Assembly (NCBI GenBank): GCA_963803145.1
Contig: CAWDLW010000026.1
Span: 1-64,000 of the forward strand
Length of the DNA: 64,000 bases
From: Methanotrichaceae archaeon
GTDB taxonomy: Archaea > Halobacteriota > Methanosarcinia > Methanotrichales > Methanotrichaceae
Direction: 5' to 3'
Shown: piece by piece, positions 30,089 through 40,567 of the stretch
Numbering within the stretch: the first letter of the stretch is position 1
Layout: each line of letters begins with the position of its first letter
The notes under the pieces: model-generated
What the model saw: only the letters and a program-made list of their open reading frames with translations
Database searches by the model: none
What the model was told of the DNA's origin: nothing
Program-made: the position numbers and the translations under genes

Positions 30089-30130
30089 AATCGAATAAGT
30101 TAGAATCGAGGTAGAGGATAAATTCACTGC

Positions 30131-30158
30131 CAGCGCCCTCCTAAAAGGAAGAGCGCTG
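30131..30158. terminator. Hairpin between convergent mtnP and rps3Ae
   Basis: CAGCGC-cc-TCCT-aa-..AGGA..GCGCTG stem. Confidence 0.5.
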
Positions 30159-30206
30159 TACTACTATTATTACTTATCACTACCCACTATTCTAGCTACT
30201 ATACTA

Positions 30207-30836
30207 TTATGGTAATGTGGTCGTTTGTGGTTCTGGCATTGGAGAAGATATTGTGCTTGGCTCTGCCACAATTTGGGTTTTTCGGACCTCTACTCTCCTT
30301 AGCGGATAAACCATCTTGGCCTCTTTGTAGATATCCAGAGAGAGCTTTCCATTAACAATATCCTGTATAAGCTGGTTCAGATCCAAACCCTTCGACTTCT
30401 CAAGGATCACGTTCTTTGAGATTTCTCTAATGCTCTTGACTTGGTTCGCCCGTGCTCTCTTGACTGTGAAACAGCTCGGCTTTACCCTCACCTGATAGCC
30501 ATCAGTTGTCGCAATATCGATTATGGAATCGATGCGTGATGTCCTTCTCTTGACCAGAGAGCGCAGATAATCAGTAGTCATCTCATGGCCTACAAATTTT
30601 GTATATGCAGAATCGCCTGCTATGCGATCAACCCTGAACTTCAGCTTTGTGTTCTGCTTAGAGAAGTTATTTGTCAAATCACCAAGAGTCGTCTCTATGA
30701 TTCTTCCTACTACCTTCTCAGGATCATATGCGATGGTCTCGCCAACCGGAGACCTGCCGAACATCTCGGGACTTATCACTTTATACCATTGCTTAGACTT
30801 TCTGCTTTCAGCTTTTCTTTGCGATCTTCTAGCCAA
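30207..30836 (-). CDS. rps3ae: 30S ribosomal protein S3Ae (eS1)
   Basis: KQWY...GRIIETTLGDLT...YLRSLVKRRTSRID...YPLRRVEVRK; TTG start after GGAGG. Confidence 0.97.
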   Translation of the reverse strand: MARRSQRKAESRKSKQWYKVISPEMFGRSPVGETIAYDPEKVVGRIIETTLGDLTNNFSKQNTKLKFRVDRIAGDSAYTKFVGHEMTTDYLRSLVKRRTSRIDSIIDIATTDGYQVRVKPSCFTVKRARANQVKSIREISKNVILEKSKGLDLNQLIQDIVNGKLSLDIYKEAKMVYPLRRVEVRKTQIVAEPSTISSPMPEPQTTTLP

Positions 30837-30967
30837 TAAACATCCTCCAGGAAGATATTAATCCGAACTCCAATCAAGCTCACTGTATTTAAATTGATCG
30901 GCATGATTGCTTTCATCAGCAACCGTGCCTATTAGCCGTCTCGGGCAACTATGCTCATTAGATGGCA

Positions 30968-32587
30968 TCAGATCGGCCATACATAGATGTAGACGTAGTT
31001 CGACCAGTCATTACTGTAGTAGCTGAGGATATGCCAGCCGGGCTGATTTCCTCTGAACCAGGTCTGATACCATCCAACGCTCTTGTAGCCGAAGCTCTTG
31101 ACATCAGGATAGCAGTAGTAGCCTGGCGTGCTACCGCACTGAGCCCATTCAAACGACCAGTAGAACCCTGCACTGCCGATCTTTGACAAAAGGGGCAGCC
31201 ATTGTCCATATTTCACGCCAGCTACAGTGCTGATCTTGCCCGGGTATGTCTGGACATAATATTGGTTCCACCTATAGGCAGTTGGCTTAGGATATACTGC
31301 CTGATATGTCTGGCCTGGAGAACTAGATGGTGCTATATATGCACCATAGCTGCCAGTATAACCGCCAGTATAGCCGATATTGCCGGAATAGGCTGTGCTT
31401 CCTGGATAACTGCTTCCGGAATAACTACTTCCAGGATAACTGCTCTGCGTAGGAGATGTGCTCTGGAAGTTATTTGTGCCTTGGATCGGTGTGCCTTGGA
31501 CTGGATAAATAGCTTGAGCTGGATAATTGGCATTAGTCTGAGGCACAGACCCCCCTTGTACAGGGCTGTTTTGCCCTGGGTTTTGAGTATAGCCGCCTGT
31601 GTCAGGCTGGAGCAGATTAAAATCTGGAAGTATTAGGTTCTCAGAGCTGGGATCAGGAGGAGTTGGCGCTCCAGATGGCAATGATGATTGATCTATATTA
31701 GAAGATCCAGCAGGATTGGCCATACTAGGGCTGGAAACATAATTAGATCCACCGCTTGGCCATACATAAATATAGATATAGTTTGACCAATCGCGGCAAT
31801 TGTAGCTCAAAATATGCCAGCCTGGCACATCGCCTGTAAACCAACCCTTCTTGAAGCCCTGCCAGGCCCAGCCCCACCATCTTACAGACGGCGTCCACTG
31901 GCCGGGATACCACTCGTAGACATAGAAGTTTCCTGCAGAGTTTATATCAGACCAGAGAGGGAGATATCCTCCGTAGCTGCAGCCGGCCATGGTCTTGAGA
32001 CCGGAGGATGTCTGGACGTAGAACAGATTCTTGGAAGTAACGGAGCCTGGATAATACCAGTTGCCCTGTCCTTGATCGGGCTCGTATGCCTCCATGTAAA
32101 CCCCGCTTGGAGGAGATGATGAAATGAAGTTGAGGCTGCTATCAGGCTGGAAGCTTTCTGCTTCAGGCTGATTAAACTTCAGATCATCTGCGGATAAGCG
32201 CTCCTGATATGGTCCTGCAGTCTGCGGTGGATTGGATCCATCGGTAGATCCGTAATTGTTTGATCCATAACTCGAACCAAGGCTTGTAGTGCTCTGTTGA
32301 GGTTGCTGATAGCCATTGCTTTGCTGCATACTCAGAGGATTTGCCTGGTAGGATGGTTGTGCAGATCCACCCGATGTTCCCGGCTGAGACGGAAACCCGG
32401 GTGATTGATAACCAGATATCTGAAAACCAGTTGAGGGCAAAGCGCTATTACTGGCCATACCTGCCGCATAGCTATTCCCAGGTTGGACAGTCTTGGACCC
32501 ATCTGACACCCCCATATCTCCCACTGCACCAAAGGCAATATTAGTGAGAATCAAAAGAGCGATCAGTATAGAAGCGTTATTTCTCAT
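30968..32587 (-). CDS. Secreted protein with low-complexity linkers and two copies of a Trp/Tyr-rich beta domain
   Basis: Signal peptide; internal repeat ending PGWHILSY...DWSNY.YIYVWP. Confidence 0.8.
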   Translation of the reverse strand: MRNNASILIALLILTNIAFGAVGDMGVSDGSKTVQPGNSYAAGMASNSALPSTGFQISGYQSPGFPSQPGTSGGSAQPSYQANPLSMQQSNGYQQPQQSTTSLGSSYGSNNYGSTDGSNPPQTAGPYQERLSADDLKFNQPEAESFQPDSSLNFISSSPPSGVYMEAYEPDQGQGNWYYPGSVTSKNLFYVQTSSGLKTMAGCSYGGYLPLWSDINSAGNFYVYEWYPGQWTPSVRWWGWAWQGFKKGWFTGDVPGWHILSYNCRDWSNYIYIYVWPSGGSNYVSSPSMANPAGSSNIDQSSLPSGAPTPPDPSSENLILPDFNLLQPDTGGYTQNPGQNSPVQGGSVPQTNANYPAQAIYPVQGTPIQGTNNFQSTSPTQSSYPGSSYSGSSYPGSTAYSGNIGYTGGYTGSYGAYIAPSSSPGQTYQAVYPKPTAYRWNQYYVQTYPGKISTVAGVKYGQWLPLLSKIGSAGFYWSFEWAQCGSTPGYYCYPDVKSFGYKSVGWYQTWFRGNQPGWHILSYYSNDWSNYVYIYVWPI

Positions 32588-32868
32588 ATTACCCCACTCA
32601 TTATTGTTTGCTATGTAATTGATAATGTAAGAAGCATTCTATCTATTTAACATTTGCTTAAGTTTAAGACGATGCACAAATATTTTTAAATCTAGTAATA
32701 ATAAACTTGTCCGGTATATCATCTGAGCAATAGACAAATAAGCATTAAATCATGAAGGAGATCGTTAATACCATTATAAAGCCATTAGATCATCTACTGT
32801 ATACGTTGACCGATGTACTTTGACCAAGAACGCTGCAGGATATAGTTGGATGTTGTAATGATTAAGCT

Positions 32869-32931
32869 ATTAGAGATTAGAGATTAGAGATTAGAGATTA
32901 GAGATTAGAGATTAGAGATTAGAGATTAAAG
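32869..32931. repeat. Heptanucleotide microsatellite (ATTAGAG)x8 plus one degenerate unit
   Basis: Directly visible perfect tandem array in intergenic DNA. Confidence 0.95.
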
Positions 32932-33018
32932 ACTTTTATCTTTTTCAATCAGTCCTTACCAATCTTCTATTTTTGCCGGTTCTATGAGAGAGGGTAATGC
33001 GATTGAGATGGGCCAGAC

Positions 33019-33798
33019 CTACCTCTTCCAGTGAGATCTGACCATCTGTGCAAGACGGGGATTTTTAAATTGCTTATAGATATCCATATCTGTGGTATAG
33101 CCGATGAAGGGATCTATTGTTCCCTGCTCCATGTTTGCAATCCATATCTGAATTCTCGCTGCCTCAACAGCATCGGTTTGCTCTCTGTAGAACCGCACAA
33201 AAGGCTCCAGGCTCTCAGAGCTTGGAACTAGGATTACGCAATCTTCCCCTGCATCAGGTTTACATTTCCCTAAGTTCACGGATTTTATGCTTGTGAATAT
33301 GGAAACGTTAATCTTTCGATCTCCAGCCTCAAATTTAATCTCATATGGAGAGCTCTCGATAAGCCTGTAATCAGCTTCAGCCATGAAATCAGCCAGAAGG
33401 TCAATGAGGTTACGTCGTAGAATAGATTTAAGCTCAGGTAACGATATCAAGAAGTTCCTACAGGCGTTATCGAAGTCTTGCTTGCTATAACTTTGGGTAT
33501 GCAGGAAATGAAAGATCCTTCCGTTTATTTGAGTATAAGTGTCAAGCATCGGCAGATCAAAAAAGATTGGAGAATCACTCAACATGCTTGCGAAGATTCC
33601 CGGAGCGATCACTTTACCAACCATCTTCTGAAGCTCTTCCTTTTCCTCCGGAGTAAGGCTTGCATTTCGGACAAAATCATAAATTCTGTTTAGAAGCTCA
33701 CATCTAGCTATTATCTCTTTATCTTTGAGAAGCTCCCTTAGAGAGCTTTTGATCTTCTCTATTCCGGTGATCTTCTCTATTCCAGTCATCTTCAGCAT
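33019..33798 (-). CDS. Conserved methanogen hypothetical protein
   Basis: 259-aa ORF with SD AGGAG; C-terminus IDPFIGYTTD..IY.QFKNPRLA. Confidence 0.75.
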   Translation of the reverse strand: MLKMTGIEKITGIEKIKSSLRELLKDKEIIARCELLNRIYDFVRNASLTPEEKEELQKMVGKVIAPGIFASMLSDSPIFFDLPMLDTYTQINGRIFHFLHTQSYSKQDFDNACRNFLISLPELKSILRRNLIDLLADFMAEADYRLIESSPYEIKFEAGDRKINVSIFTSIKSVNLGKCKPDAGEDCVILVPSSESLEPFVRFYREQTDAVEAARIQIWIANMEQGTIDPFIGYTTDMDIYKQFKNPRLAQMVRSHWKR

Positions 33799-34053
33799 TT
33801 CTCCTGTAACCCTCTCTGGATATGCTGTTATCTCTAGGCGAGACCAATAAAGATCTCAAGCAGCACAGTTCTTCTTAACGGCCTTGATCCCTTTCAATCC
33901 TGGCGTCTTGATACCTATAAAAGCGCATTCATGATACTTTAGGTTCATGATCCTATAGGTGCGGGCCTAATATTAACTCAGGGCTAATCGTCATTAATAA
34001 CAAGGCCAGACGCCATTGATATTAAGGCTAATCAGCAGATTGCCCAATTAGCC

Positions 34054-34995
34054 TCACCTACAGCTTGCGAGCTCTGCTCGCAGCTCTCCCATCGTTGCTG
34101 TTCGCTCAGCAAAAGCATTGTGCTGATGAATGCTCTCCTCGTTTATCTGCTTCATTGTAACAGCAGCATCATCTGGAAGATCTACAAAGGCCTGAACTAC
34201 CTTCTGTGCCATTGTCCTCACGCAATCCTCCACGAACTTTGGGTTCTTGTGAGCCCTGGCGACTACAACAGCCTCATCAGGACGTTTTAAGAGGCCGTAA
34301 ACCTTCGCGCTCATGGATTCTTCAATTATCCTGATGATCTTGTCTATTGAAACGCAACGCCTATCACGAACCTCAATGGATATGCTGCCCCTTCCTCGCT
34401 GGTTATGTGTGGCCACAGGTATTTTCTCTGCGATCTGAGCCGCATCCTCTGGCCCTATGCCATGTTTTGCAAGCTCCTGTCTGACCTGCTCCCTTATGAT
34501 TTCCTGAGCGCATGGGCAGGCTGTTGTCCCCAAAACCTCTGCACCTACTGACTTCTTTACATAGCCTGAAGGTCCGGCCAAAGCTGTTGCTTCTGCGAAG
34601 ATATCCACAACCTCCTGGCAGGTGACCTTTGTAAACGGCGTCTGCCTGCGGACAATGTACTCGCTCTTCATCTTGACCTCTGCGCGAGTAGCGTATTCGT
34701 GCCTTTCAAGAAGACGCTTTGCAATTTTGCCGCAAAGTTCTTCGATCTCATAAACTGGAAGATTTATCTCCTCTTCCAGCACCTCATCTATGACCTCGAA
34801 GTTCCTGGATAGGTTGGCACCTTTTCTATCTGAAGGAAGGTCAACAAAGACCTCGAAGCTGGATATCAAGATAATAGGACGCTCATCTCCCCCGCGCTCA
34901 ACCTTTACAAGCTTTTTAACACCTGTAACTCCTACACGCGTCAGATTTATAGGGAAATCAGGTACACAAGCCTGAATATCTGGTAGAGTATCCAT
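34054..34995 (-). CDS. mptA: GTP cyclohydrolase MptA (FolE2 family)
   Basis: [39 protein letters not shown]. Confidence 0.95.
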   Translation of the reverse strand: MDTLPDIQACVPDFPINLTRVGVTGVKKLVKVERGGDERPIILISSFEVFVDLPSDRKGANLSRNFEVIDEVLEEEINLPVYEIEELCGKIAKRLLERHEYATRAEVKMKSEYIVRRQTPFTKVTCQEVVDIFAEATALAGPSGYVKKSVGAEVLGTTACPCAQEIIREQVRQELAKHGIGPEDAAQIAEKIPVATHNQRGRGSISIEVRDRRCVSIDKIIRIIEESMSAKVYGLLKRPDEAVVVARAHKNPKFVEDCVRTMAQKVVQAFVDLPDDAAVTMKQINEESIHQHNAFAERTATMGELRAELASCR

Positions 34996-35018
34996 AAGGT
35001 CTCACTTCCATTGTGCTT

Positions 35019-35273
35019 TTAGCATAATTCTTCAGGTTCATCTTCAGATGGCGCATCATTATCCTCGACATCATCCATGCGCAGCAGAAGCTCATCAACC
35101 TCTTCGAGAAGCTCATCAAGGGTCCTGCTAATTCTTTTGTCTCGCTCATCGAAGGCTTTTACTGCGCCATCAAATTGTGCAAGAAGCTCATCATCACCCA
35201 TTTCGATGATCATCTCGCGTATTCTTTTCGTGGCCTCATCTGGACTGAGCATATAGCATTTAATCCTAGGCAA
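35019..35273 (-). CDS. Small acidic coiled-coil hypothetical protein
   Basis: ORF co-oriented 23 bp upstream of mptA; the start may be at the second Met. Confidence 0.65.
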   Translation of the reverse strand: MPRIKCYMLSPDEATKRIREMIIEMGDDELLAQFDGAVKAFDERDKRISRTLDELLEEVDELLLRMDDVEDNDAPSEDEPEELC

Positions 35274-35282
35274 ATGTATTTG

Positions 35283-35317
35283 AGATTTTGCACTCTTATT
35301 TTAGATTTTGCACTCTT
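35283..35317. repeat. 15-bp direct repeat in divergent promoter
   Basis: AGATTTTGCACTCTT x2, period 20 bp. Confidence 0.75.
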
Positions 35318-35379
35318 GATTCAACATGGTCAGATATATCTATCCGTACTGTCCTCCATACGAGGAGAGGAGTTGAGAG

Positions 35380-36021
35380 ATGATCAGGCGTTGCTCTAAG
35401 CATGGGTTTTTCAGAGGTGAAAGTTGCGAGTGCGGGTCTGCAGGCCAATTGGTATTGGATGAGGCAAAGACCGAGCAGCTCGGAAGACTGGTGGCAGGCG
35501 CACTTAGGCATTTCCCCGGTGATCTTGGACTTGACATGGATTCTAGAGGCTGGGTCGATCTGACGAGTTTTGGCGAGATCGTTCACAAAAGGCATCGCTG
35601 GGCGGGCAAAGATACAGTAGTAGCCCTGGCAGAGTCTGACCCAAAGCACAGGTATGAGATCGAAGATAACAAGATCAGGGCAAGATACGGCCATTCTGTG
35701 AATATCGATCTTGACCACCCCGAGAACAAGCTTCCAAAGCTTTATTATGGCGCAAGCGAGGAGGAGGCTGATCGATTACTAGAGATTGGGCTCAAGCCAG
35801 CGTCACAAAAGTATGTTCACCTCTCCACAACATCCGAAAAAGCCTGGCATGTTGCCACTTTCAGGACTGGCAATCCTAAGATAATCCAGGCGGATGCTGA
35901 GGCAGCACAGAAGGAAGGAGTGAAGATGATGACTGTAAACGACGACATCGTTATCTCTGAAACAATACCTCCCAAATTTCTGAGCATATTATCTTCCAAG
36001 GATATAGTCCGGCCACAGTAA
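35380..36021 (+). CDS. kptA: RNA 2'-phosphotransferase (Tpt1/KptA)
   Basis: N-terminal C..HG.FRG..C..C; LRH.P, IRARYGHS, YVHLS. Confidence 0.93.
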   Translation: MIRRCSKHGFFRGESCECGSAGQLVLDEAKTEQLGRLVAGALRHFPGDLGLDMDSRGWVDLTSFGEIVHKRHRWAGKDTVVALAESDPKHRYEIEDNKIRARYGHSVNIDLDHPENKLPKLYYGASEEEADRLLEIGLKPASQKYVHLSTTSEKAWHVATFRTGNPKIIQADAEAAQKEGVKMMTVNDDIVISETIPPKFLSILSSKDIVRPQ

Positions 36022-36095
36022 AAGCAACGTATAGAAACATCAACTATCAACTGTAGAAACGTCAACGTATGCCCTCAAGTACAATCAGCTTAGGC

Positions 36096-36722
36096 TCATC
36101 TGCCAAAGCGCCGCTCTCTCTTCTGGCAGTCTCTAATAGCCCTCAGAAGATCGATTTTGCTGAAAGAGTGCCAGTTTACCTCTGTGAAATAGAGTTCTGA
36201 ATATACCGATTGCCAAATCATAAAATCGCTTAGCTGTTTGCCCCCTGCCCTGATGACTAGATCGGGTTTCTGCCTGAACCTGAGGTTTGCCTCGATGGTG
36301 CTTTCATCGATCTCATCAGGCTTTATGCGACCGGCCTCAACATCCTCCAGGAGCCTCTTAATGGCCTCTGTCACTTCTCTCTTACCGCCATAGCCGAGCG
36401 AGATCTCCACATTAATTTTTCCGCCCTTGCCAAGGCTTTCGATACCTGTACCTGTATGGAGGAGTATCTCCGCTGGGGCATCGGACAGCTCTGACACCAG
36501 CATCCTGTAAGTTTCCTGTGTATGCTCGTTTATGTAAATAGCCAAGGATTTCAAATTAATTGAACTGCTCCAATCAATCAAATCTCTCAGTAGCGCTAGC
36601 CCTTTTTTATCCAGATCGCCAGAACTCAGCACTATAGCTACACACGCCGGCAGATTATACATGGAAATGCGGAACTCCAGAAGCTGCTCATACAGGTAGC
36701 TGAGCTGACGAATTCGTATCAT
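36096..36722 (-). CDS. Undecaprenyl diphosphate synthase-like (cis-prenyltransferase family) protein
   Basis: SLGYGGKRE, PDLVIRAGG.QLSDFMIWQSVYSELYF; lacks the canonical N-terminal DGNRR. Confidence 0.85.
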   Translation of the reverse strand: MIRIRQLSYLYEQLLEFRISMYNLPACVAIVLSSGDLDKKGLALLRDLIDWSSSINLKSLAIYINEHTQETYRMLVSELSDAPAEILLHTGTGIESLGKGGKINVEISLGYGGKREVTEAIKRLLEDVEAGRIKPDEIDESTIEANLRFRQKPDLVIRAGGKQLSDFMIWQSVYSELYFTEVNWHSFSKIDLLRAIRDCQKRERRFGR

Positions 36723-36767
36723 TCCTTAGCATCCCGAGAGTGTGCTCCAAGGCAAAGTATTTTTGCG

Positions 36768-37994
36768 ATGGCGCGAAGTTTGGTGATCATGCGTCAAGAG
36801 GACATTGCCAGGTTTGTAATAGGGCTGATGGTATTGCTCCTCCCCTACACAGGAACTTATACAGTTATCCCTCTGGCAATCATCTTTCTTTGGGACCGCG
36901 AATCAAGAATGCTTTCAGCATCTCTTGCTGCATTATTGATTATGCGGCCGGCGCTTGGCATAACCCACATCAACCTTCCCCTTTATGTCATTGCGATATC
37001 CTTTGTTGCAGCCACTTTTGCACTGCTGGCCTTCAAGAGATTCGATACTCTCGCAGGTAGCATAATTTATCTAATGATCACTATTGCTCTGGGCTACCCA
37101 ATCGCTTCTATAATCTCATCAGGCAGCTTGTCTCCGGAACGAATTCTGTTTCTTTCTATTCTAGGAGGATTGAGCGGTGCCTTCCTACATAATGTCTCTG
37201 AAGAACGCGATTTCACAGTGCCTTTCGGCACATGCATGGTGATGTGGCTATTCAGCTTCGATTATCCGCTGCCTGAGCTAGGGCGAATTCTCATCATCTG
37301 TATTTTCGCGCTCGTCCTTGGAATCGGTGCCTACTGGGCAAAGGCGGCAGATTCCGATGCCGTCCTCAGCGAGACCATAATTTGCTTGCTGGTGATCCTC
37401 TTTGGAGGATTGCCGTGGTTCTTGCTTCTACTCGCGTTCTATCTTTTGGGTGGAGGCTTTACACGTTATGGTTATGCATGCAAGAAGAAGCTAGGCATAG
37501 CTCAATCCAAGGAAGGAAGACGAGGGTACAAGAACGTCTACAGCAACAGTCTCGTGCCTCTGGCTATGGCCATTTGTTATGGAATTTACGGAAAAGAATT
37601 TTTTATCTACGCCTTTATAGCCTCAGTTGCTACAGCGAATGGCGATACCCTTGCAAGCGAGATCGGCGAGACGAGCAAGTCTAAACCAAGGATGATTACA
37701 AACTTTAAAGTCACTGAGCCGGGAGTAGACGGCGGTGTCACGCCTCTGGGCGAGGCTGCCTCAATAGCCGGGGCTACAATTATTGGTCTCCTCGCGACGG
37801 GCACTGGCATGACCGGCCCACTAGGCATAGTTGCAGGCATTGTTGGCGGTTTCCTTGGAACTAACTTCGATAGCTTCCTTGGTGCGACGCTCCAGCGACG
37901 TGGCATTTTGAGCAATAACGGAGTCAACCTTTTTGCCACTCTATTCGGCGCAGCAGTTGGAGTTGCCTTCTGGTGGGTCCTGAAAATTATTTAG
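36768..37994 (+). CDS. DUF92 (TIGR00297) membrane protein
   Basis: Multiple TM segments; GRRGYKNV, DTLASEIG, PGVDGGVT, DSFLGATLQ. Confidence 0.9.
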   Translation: MARSLVIMRQEDIARFVIGLMVLLLPYTGTYTVIPLAIIFLWDRESRMLSASLAALLIMRPALGITHINLPLYVIAISFVAATFALLAFKRFDTLAGSIIYLMITIALGYPIASIISSGSLSPERILFLSILGGLSGAFLHNVSEERDFTVPFGTCMVMWLFSFDYPLPELGRILIICIFALVLGIGAYWAKAADSDAVLSETIICLLVILFGGLPWFLLLLAFYLLGGGFTRYGYACKKKLGIAQSKEGRRGYKNVYSNSLVPLAMAICYGIYGKEFFIYAFIASVATANGDTLASEIGETSKSKPRMITNFKVTEPGVDGGVTPLGEAASIAGATIIGLLATGTGMTGPLGIVAGIVGGFLGTNFDSFLGATLQRRGILSNNGVNLFATLFGAAVGVAFWWVLKII

Positions 37995-38017
37995 CAAAGG
38001 AGTACAACTGGCCTTCC

Positions 38018-38836
38018 ATGAAGATCTATGGGATCTTTGGAGACCCCATCGGGCATAGCCTCTCGCCTGGCATGCAGAACGCTGCCTTCCGTGAACTCAA
38101 CCTTGACGCATGCTATCATGCCTTTCGTGTTTCGAAAGGACTGTTGAGGGAAGCGATACTGGGTGCAGAGGCGATGGGCTTTGGAGGCCTGAACTTAACA
38201 ATCCCTCTGAAAGAAACTGCTCTGGAGATTGTTCAGCCTGATGAGCTTGCAAGATCCATCGGCGCAGTAAACACGGTGGCATTTGACCAAGGAATCCGGG
38301 GCTACAATACAGATGGCATGGGTGCACTCCTGGCTCTAGAAGATTCAGGAATCAGGATAAAAGGAAAAGCAGTGGTAATAATAGGAGCTGGTGGGGCCGC
38401 AAAGGCGATAGCCTATACACTCACAAAAATGGAAGCAGACATAACGATAATAAATAGGAGCCCTGATCGAGCCGCCGATCTGGCAGATAACGTAGGCGGC
38501 GTTGGGTATGGGCTCGATTCGTTAGAAAGGCTTGTGCCAAAGGCAGATGTGATCATAAACGCGACCTCAGTAGGCATGAGGAAAGAAGATCCCAAACTGA
38601 TCGATGGAAAGCTGCTACATAAAGGACAGGCAGTCTTTGATATTATCTATAACCGGCAGACTGAACTTTTGAAGGATGCCTCTAATGTAGGAGCCATAGC
38701 CATAGACGGCGTGATGATGCTTGTCTACCAGGGTGCAAAGGCGCTGGAGATCTGGACAGGACTCAAAGCGCCAGTAGATATAATGGAGAGGGCGGTTAGA
38801 GAGGGGCTAAGGAAGAGGGCAAAGGAGCAGAGATGA
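38018..38836 (+). CDS. aroE: Shikimate dehydrogenase
   Basis: HSLSP, NLTIPLK, GAVNT, NTD, GAGGAA, MLVYQG. Confidence 0.96.
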   Translation: MKIYGIFGDPIGHSLSPGMQNAAFRELNLDACYHAFRVSKGLLREAILGAEAMGFGGLNLTIPLKETALEIVQPDELARSIGAVNTVAFDQGIRGYNTDGMGALLALEDSGIRIKGKAVVIIGAGGAAKAIAYTLTKMEADITIINRSPDRAADLADNVGGVGYGLDSLERLVPKADVIINATSVGMRKEDPKLIDGKLLHKGQAVFDIIYNRQTELLKDASNVGAIAIDGVMMLVYQGAKALEIWTGLKAPVDIMERAVREGLRKRAKEQR

Positions 38837-39714
38837 CAAAGATTCTGATATTGGGAGGTACGGGCGATACCGGTTCATGGTTCGCCCGCTACTTTAAGGA
38901 GAAAGGCTTTGACGTTGCCGTCTGGGGGCCGAATGGGAAAACGGACGTCGCAGCAAGACTCGGCGTCCGCTTTGCTCATGATATGACGAAGGAGGTTGAG
39001 GATAGCGATATTGTCCTACTTAGCGTGCCCATAGGGAAGACTGCTGAGATCGCAAGACAGGTCGCGCCGAAAATGCGCGCCGGCAGTTTGCTGATGGATG
39101 TGGCCTCGCTCAAGTCAGAATCTGTAAAGGCTATGAAGACATATGCACCCAAAGGGGTGGAGGTTTTGGGAACTCATCCCATGTTCGGGCCTACAATGCC
39201 GGCTATGAAGGGTCAGACGATAATCTTCACCCCTGTTCCTCGAAAAAGCAAAAAATGGCTTCCTGTGATTCGAGAGTTGTTTGAGTCTGATGGTGCGAGG
39301 ATTGAGCTCTTAAGCCCGGAGGAGCACGATGAGATCATGGCAGTAGTCCAGGCACTAACGCATTTTGCCTACATCGGCATAGGCGCTACATTGAACGCTC
39401 TGGACTTCGATGTGGAAAAATCAAGAAAGTTCATGTCTCCTGTCTACGAGATCATGATAGACTTCGTCGGCCGTATCCTCGATCAGAACCCTGAGCTTTA
39501 TGCAGCAATACAGAAGAATCCAAAGGCTATGCGCGTGCGGCAAACTTTTGTGAGCGAATGCATGCGTCTGTGCGAGATTGCAGATGCGAAAAACCAAGAG
39601 GCTTTCAAGAGGATTATGCATGAGGCTGCGATGCATTTTGGGGAGACTCATGAGGCGCTGGTGAGGTCAGATAGACTGATTAATGGGAGAATAGGAGAAA
39701 AGAAAAGGATATAG
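38833..39714 (+). CDS. tyrA: Prephenate dehydrogenase
   Basis: GGTG, DVASLK, HPMFGP, EHD..MA.VQALTH; ATGA overlap with aroE. Confidence 0.93.
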   Translation: MTKILILGGTGDTGSWFARYFKEKGFDVAVWGPNGKTDVAARLGVRFAHDMTKEVEDSDIVLLSVPIGKTAEIARQVAPKMRAGSLLMDVASLKSESVKAMKTYAPKGVEVLGTHPMFGPTMPAMKGQTIIFTPVPRKSKKWLPVIRELFESDGARIELLSPEEHDEIMAVVQALTHFAYIGIGATLNALDFDVEKSRKFMSPVYEIMIDFVGRILDQNPELYAAIQKNPKAMRVRQTFVSECMRLCEIADAKNQEAFKRIMHEAAMHFGETHEALVRSDRLINGRIGEKKRI

Positions 39715-39715
39715 T

Positions 39716-40123
39716 ATGGCTCGCAATAACGTGCAGAACGCAAATTTAGCTTCAGAATTTTATATTGCTTCACAGCTCTTCCGATTAGGGTATGTGGCGA
39801 CTCTTACTTTAGGGCACACAAAGGAGATAGATTTAATAGTTGCCCATGAGGATAGAATAATCACTATAGATGTAAAGGGATTAAAGAATACTACAAATTG
39901 GCCGATAAAATTGAAATTAAAAAGAGATAATCATTTTTATGTGCTTGTCTCTTATCACAATCAATTCGGGAATACAGATTTCCATCCAGAGGTATTCGTT
40001 ATCCCTTCCATGGAAATTGAAGACCTTCTAACTAATTGGCCTAACAAATCAGTTACATGTATTAGATATTCAAAATTGAAAGATAGTAAATATAGAAATG
40101 CTTGGGATTTATTATCCAAATAG
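39716..40123 (+). CDS. Small PD-(D/E)xK nuclease-fold protein
   Basis: ASE...L...G, IDLIV and IDVKG motifs; markedly AT-rich. Confidence 0.7.
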   Translation: MARNNVQNANLASEFYIASQLFRLGYVATLTLGHTKEIDLIVAHEDRIITIDVKGLKNTTNWPIKLKLKRDNHFYVLVSYHNQFGNTDFHPEVFVIPSMEIEDLLTNWPNKSVTCIRYSKLKDSKYRNAWDLLSK

Positions 40124-40321
40124 TCTTGGTTGCAGGATGAATTTGATAGCAAAAGCTGGTAAGGCGAAGCATGAATTCCTTCTGTAACGTCACTTCGCCC
40201 CGAAAGTCCAAAATTAATACATCAAGCTACGGACCGAGAATAACCAACATTGATTGGTTGGTTAGCCCTTGAGCTGAATTATTCGCATATCCCTGAATTA
40301 TACTGTTTAAATATACCGGAG

Positions 40322-40414
40322 TCACATTGCCTGCAGAAGTCCACCAAGCACGCTGCCAATGGCGCCCATGCCAAATATAAGATACTCAGACTCGGCCTTC
40401 GAGCATTGGGCCAT
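40322..40414 (-). pseudogene. N-terminal remnant of a ketopantoate-reductase-like (PanE/ApbA) dehydrogenase
   Basis: MAQCSKAESEYLIFGMGAIGSVLGGLLQAM*, an isolated GxGAIG Rossmann motif. Confidence 0.5.
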
Positions 40415-40567
40415 CGGTGATAAATCAGGATTTGCCTTTAATAAGCTTTTGCATTCTCTCAAGGGCTATCCGATCATCCGAAAATACTGAAGAAGGACAG
40501 TTTTATCATCCAACAAATACTGTATCGAGGATAACCTAATTGGCTATATTAGCCTAAAGGCTATAAC

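Noticed and set aside
33855-33950. 30-codon minus-strand ORF upstream of the 33798 gene
   Set aside because: Too short, no supporting signals
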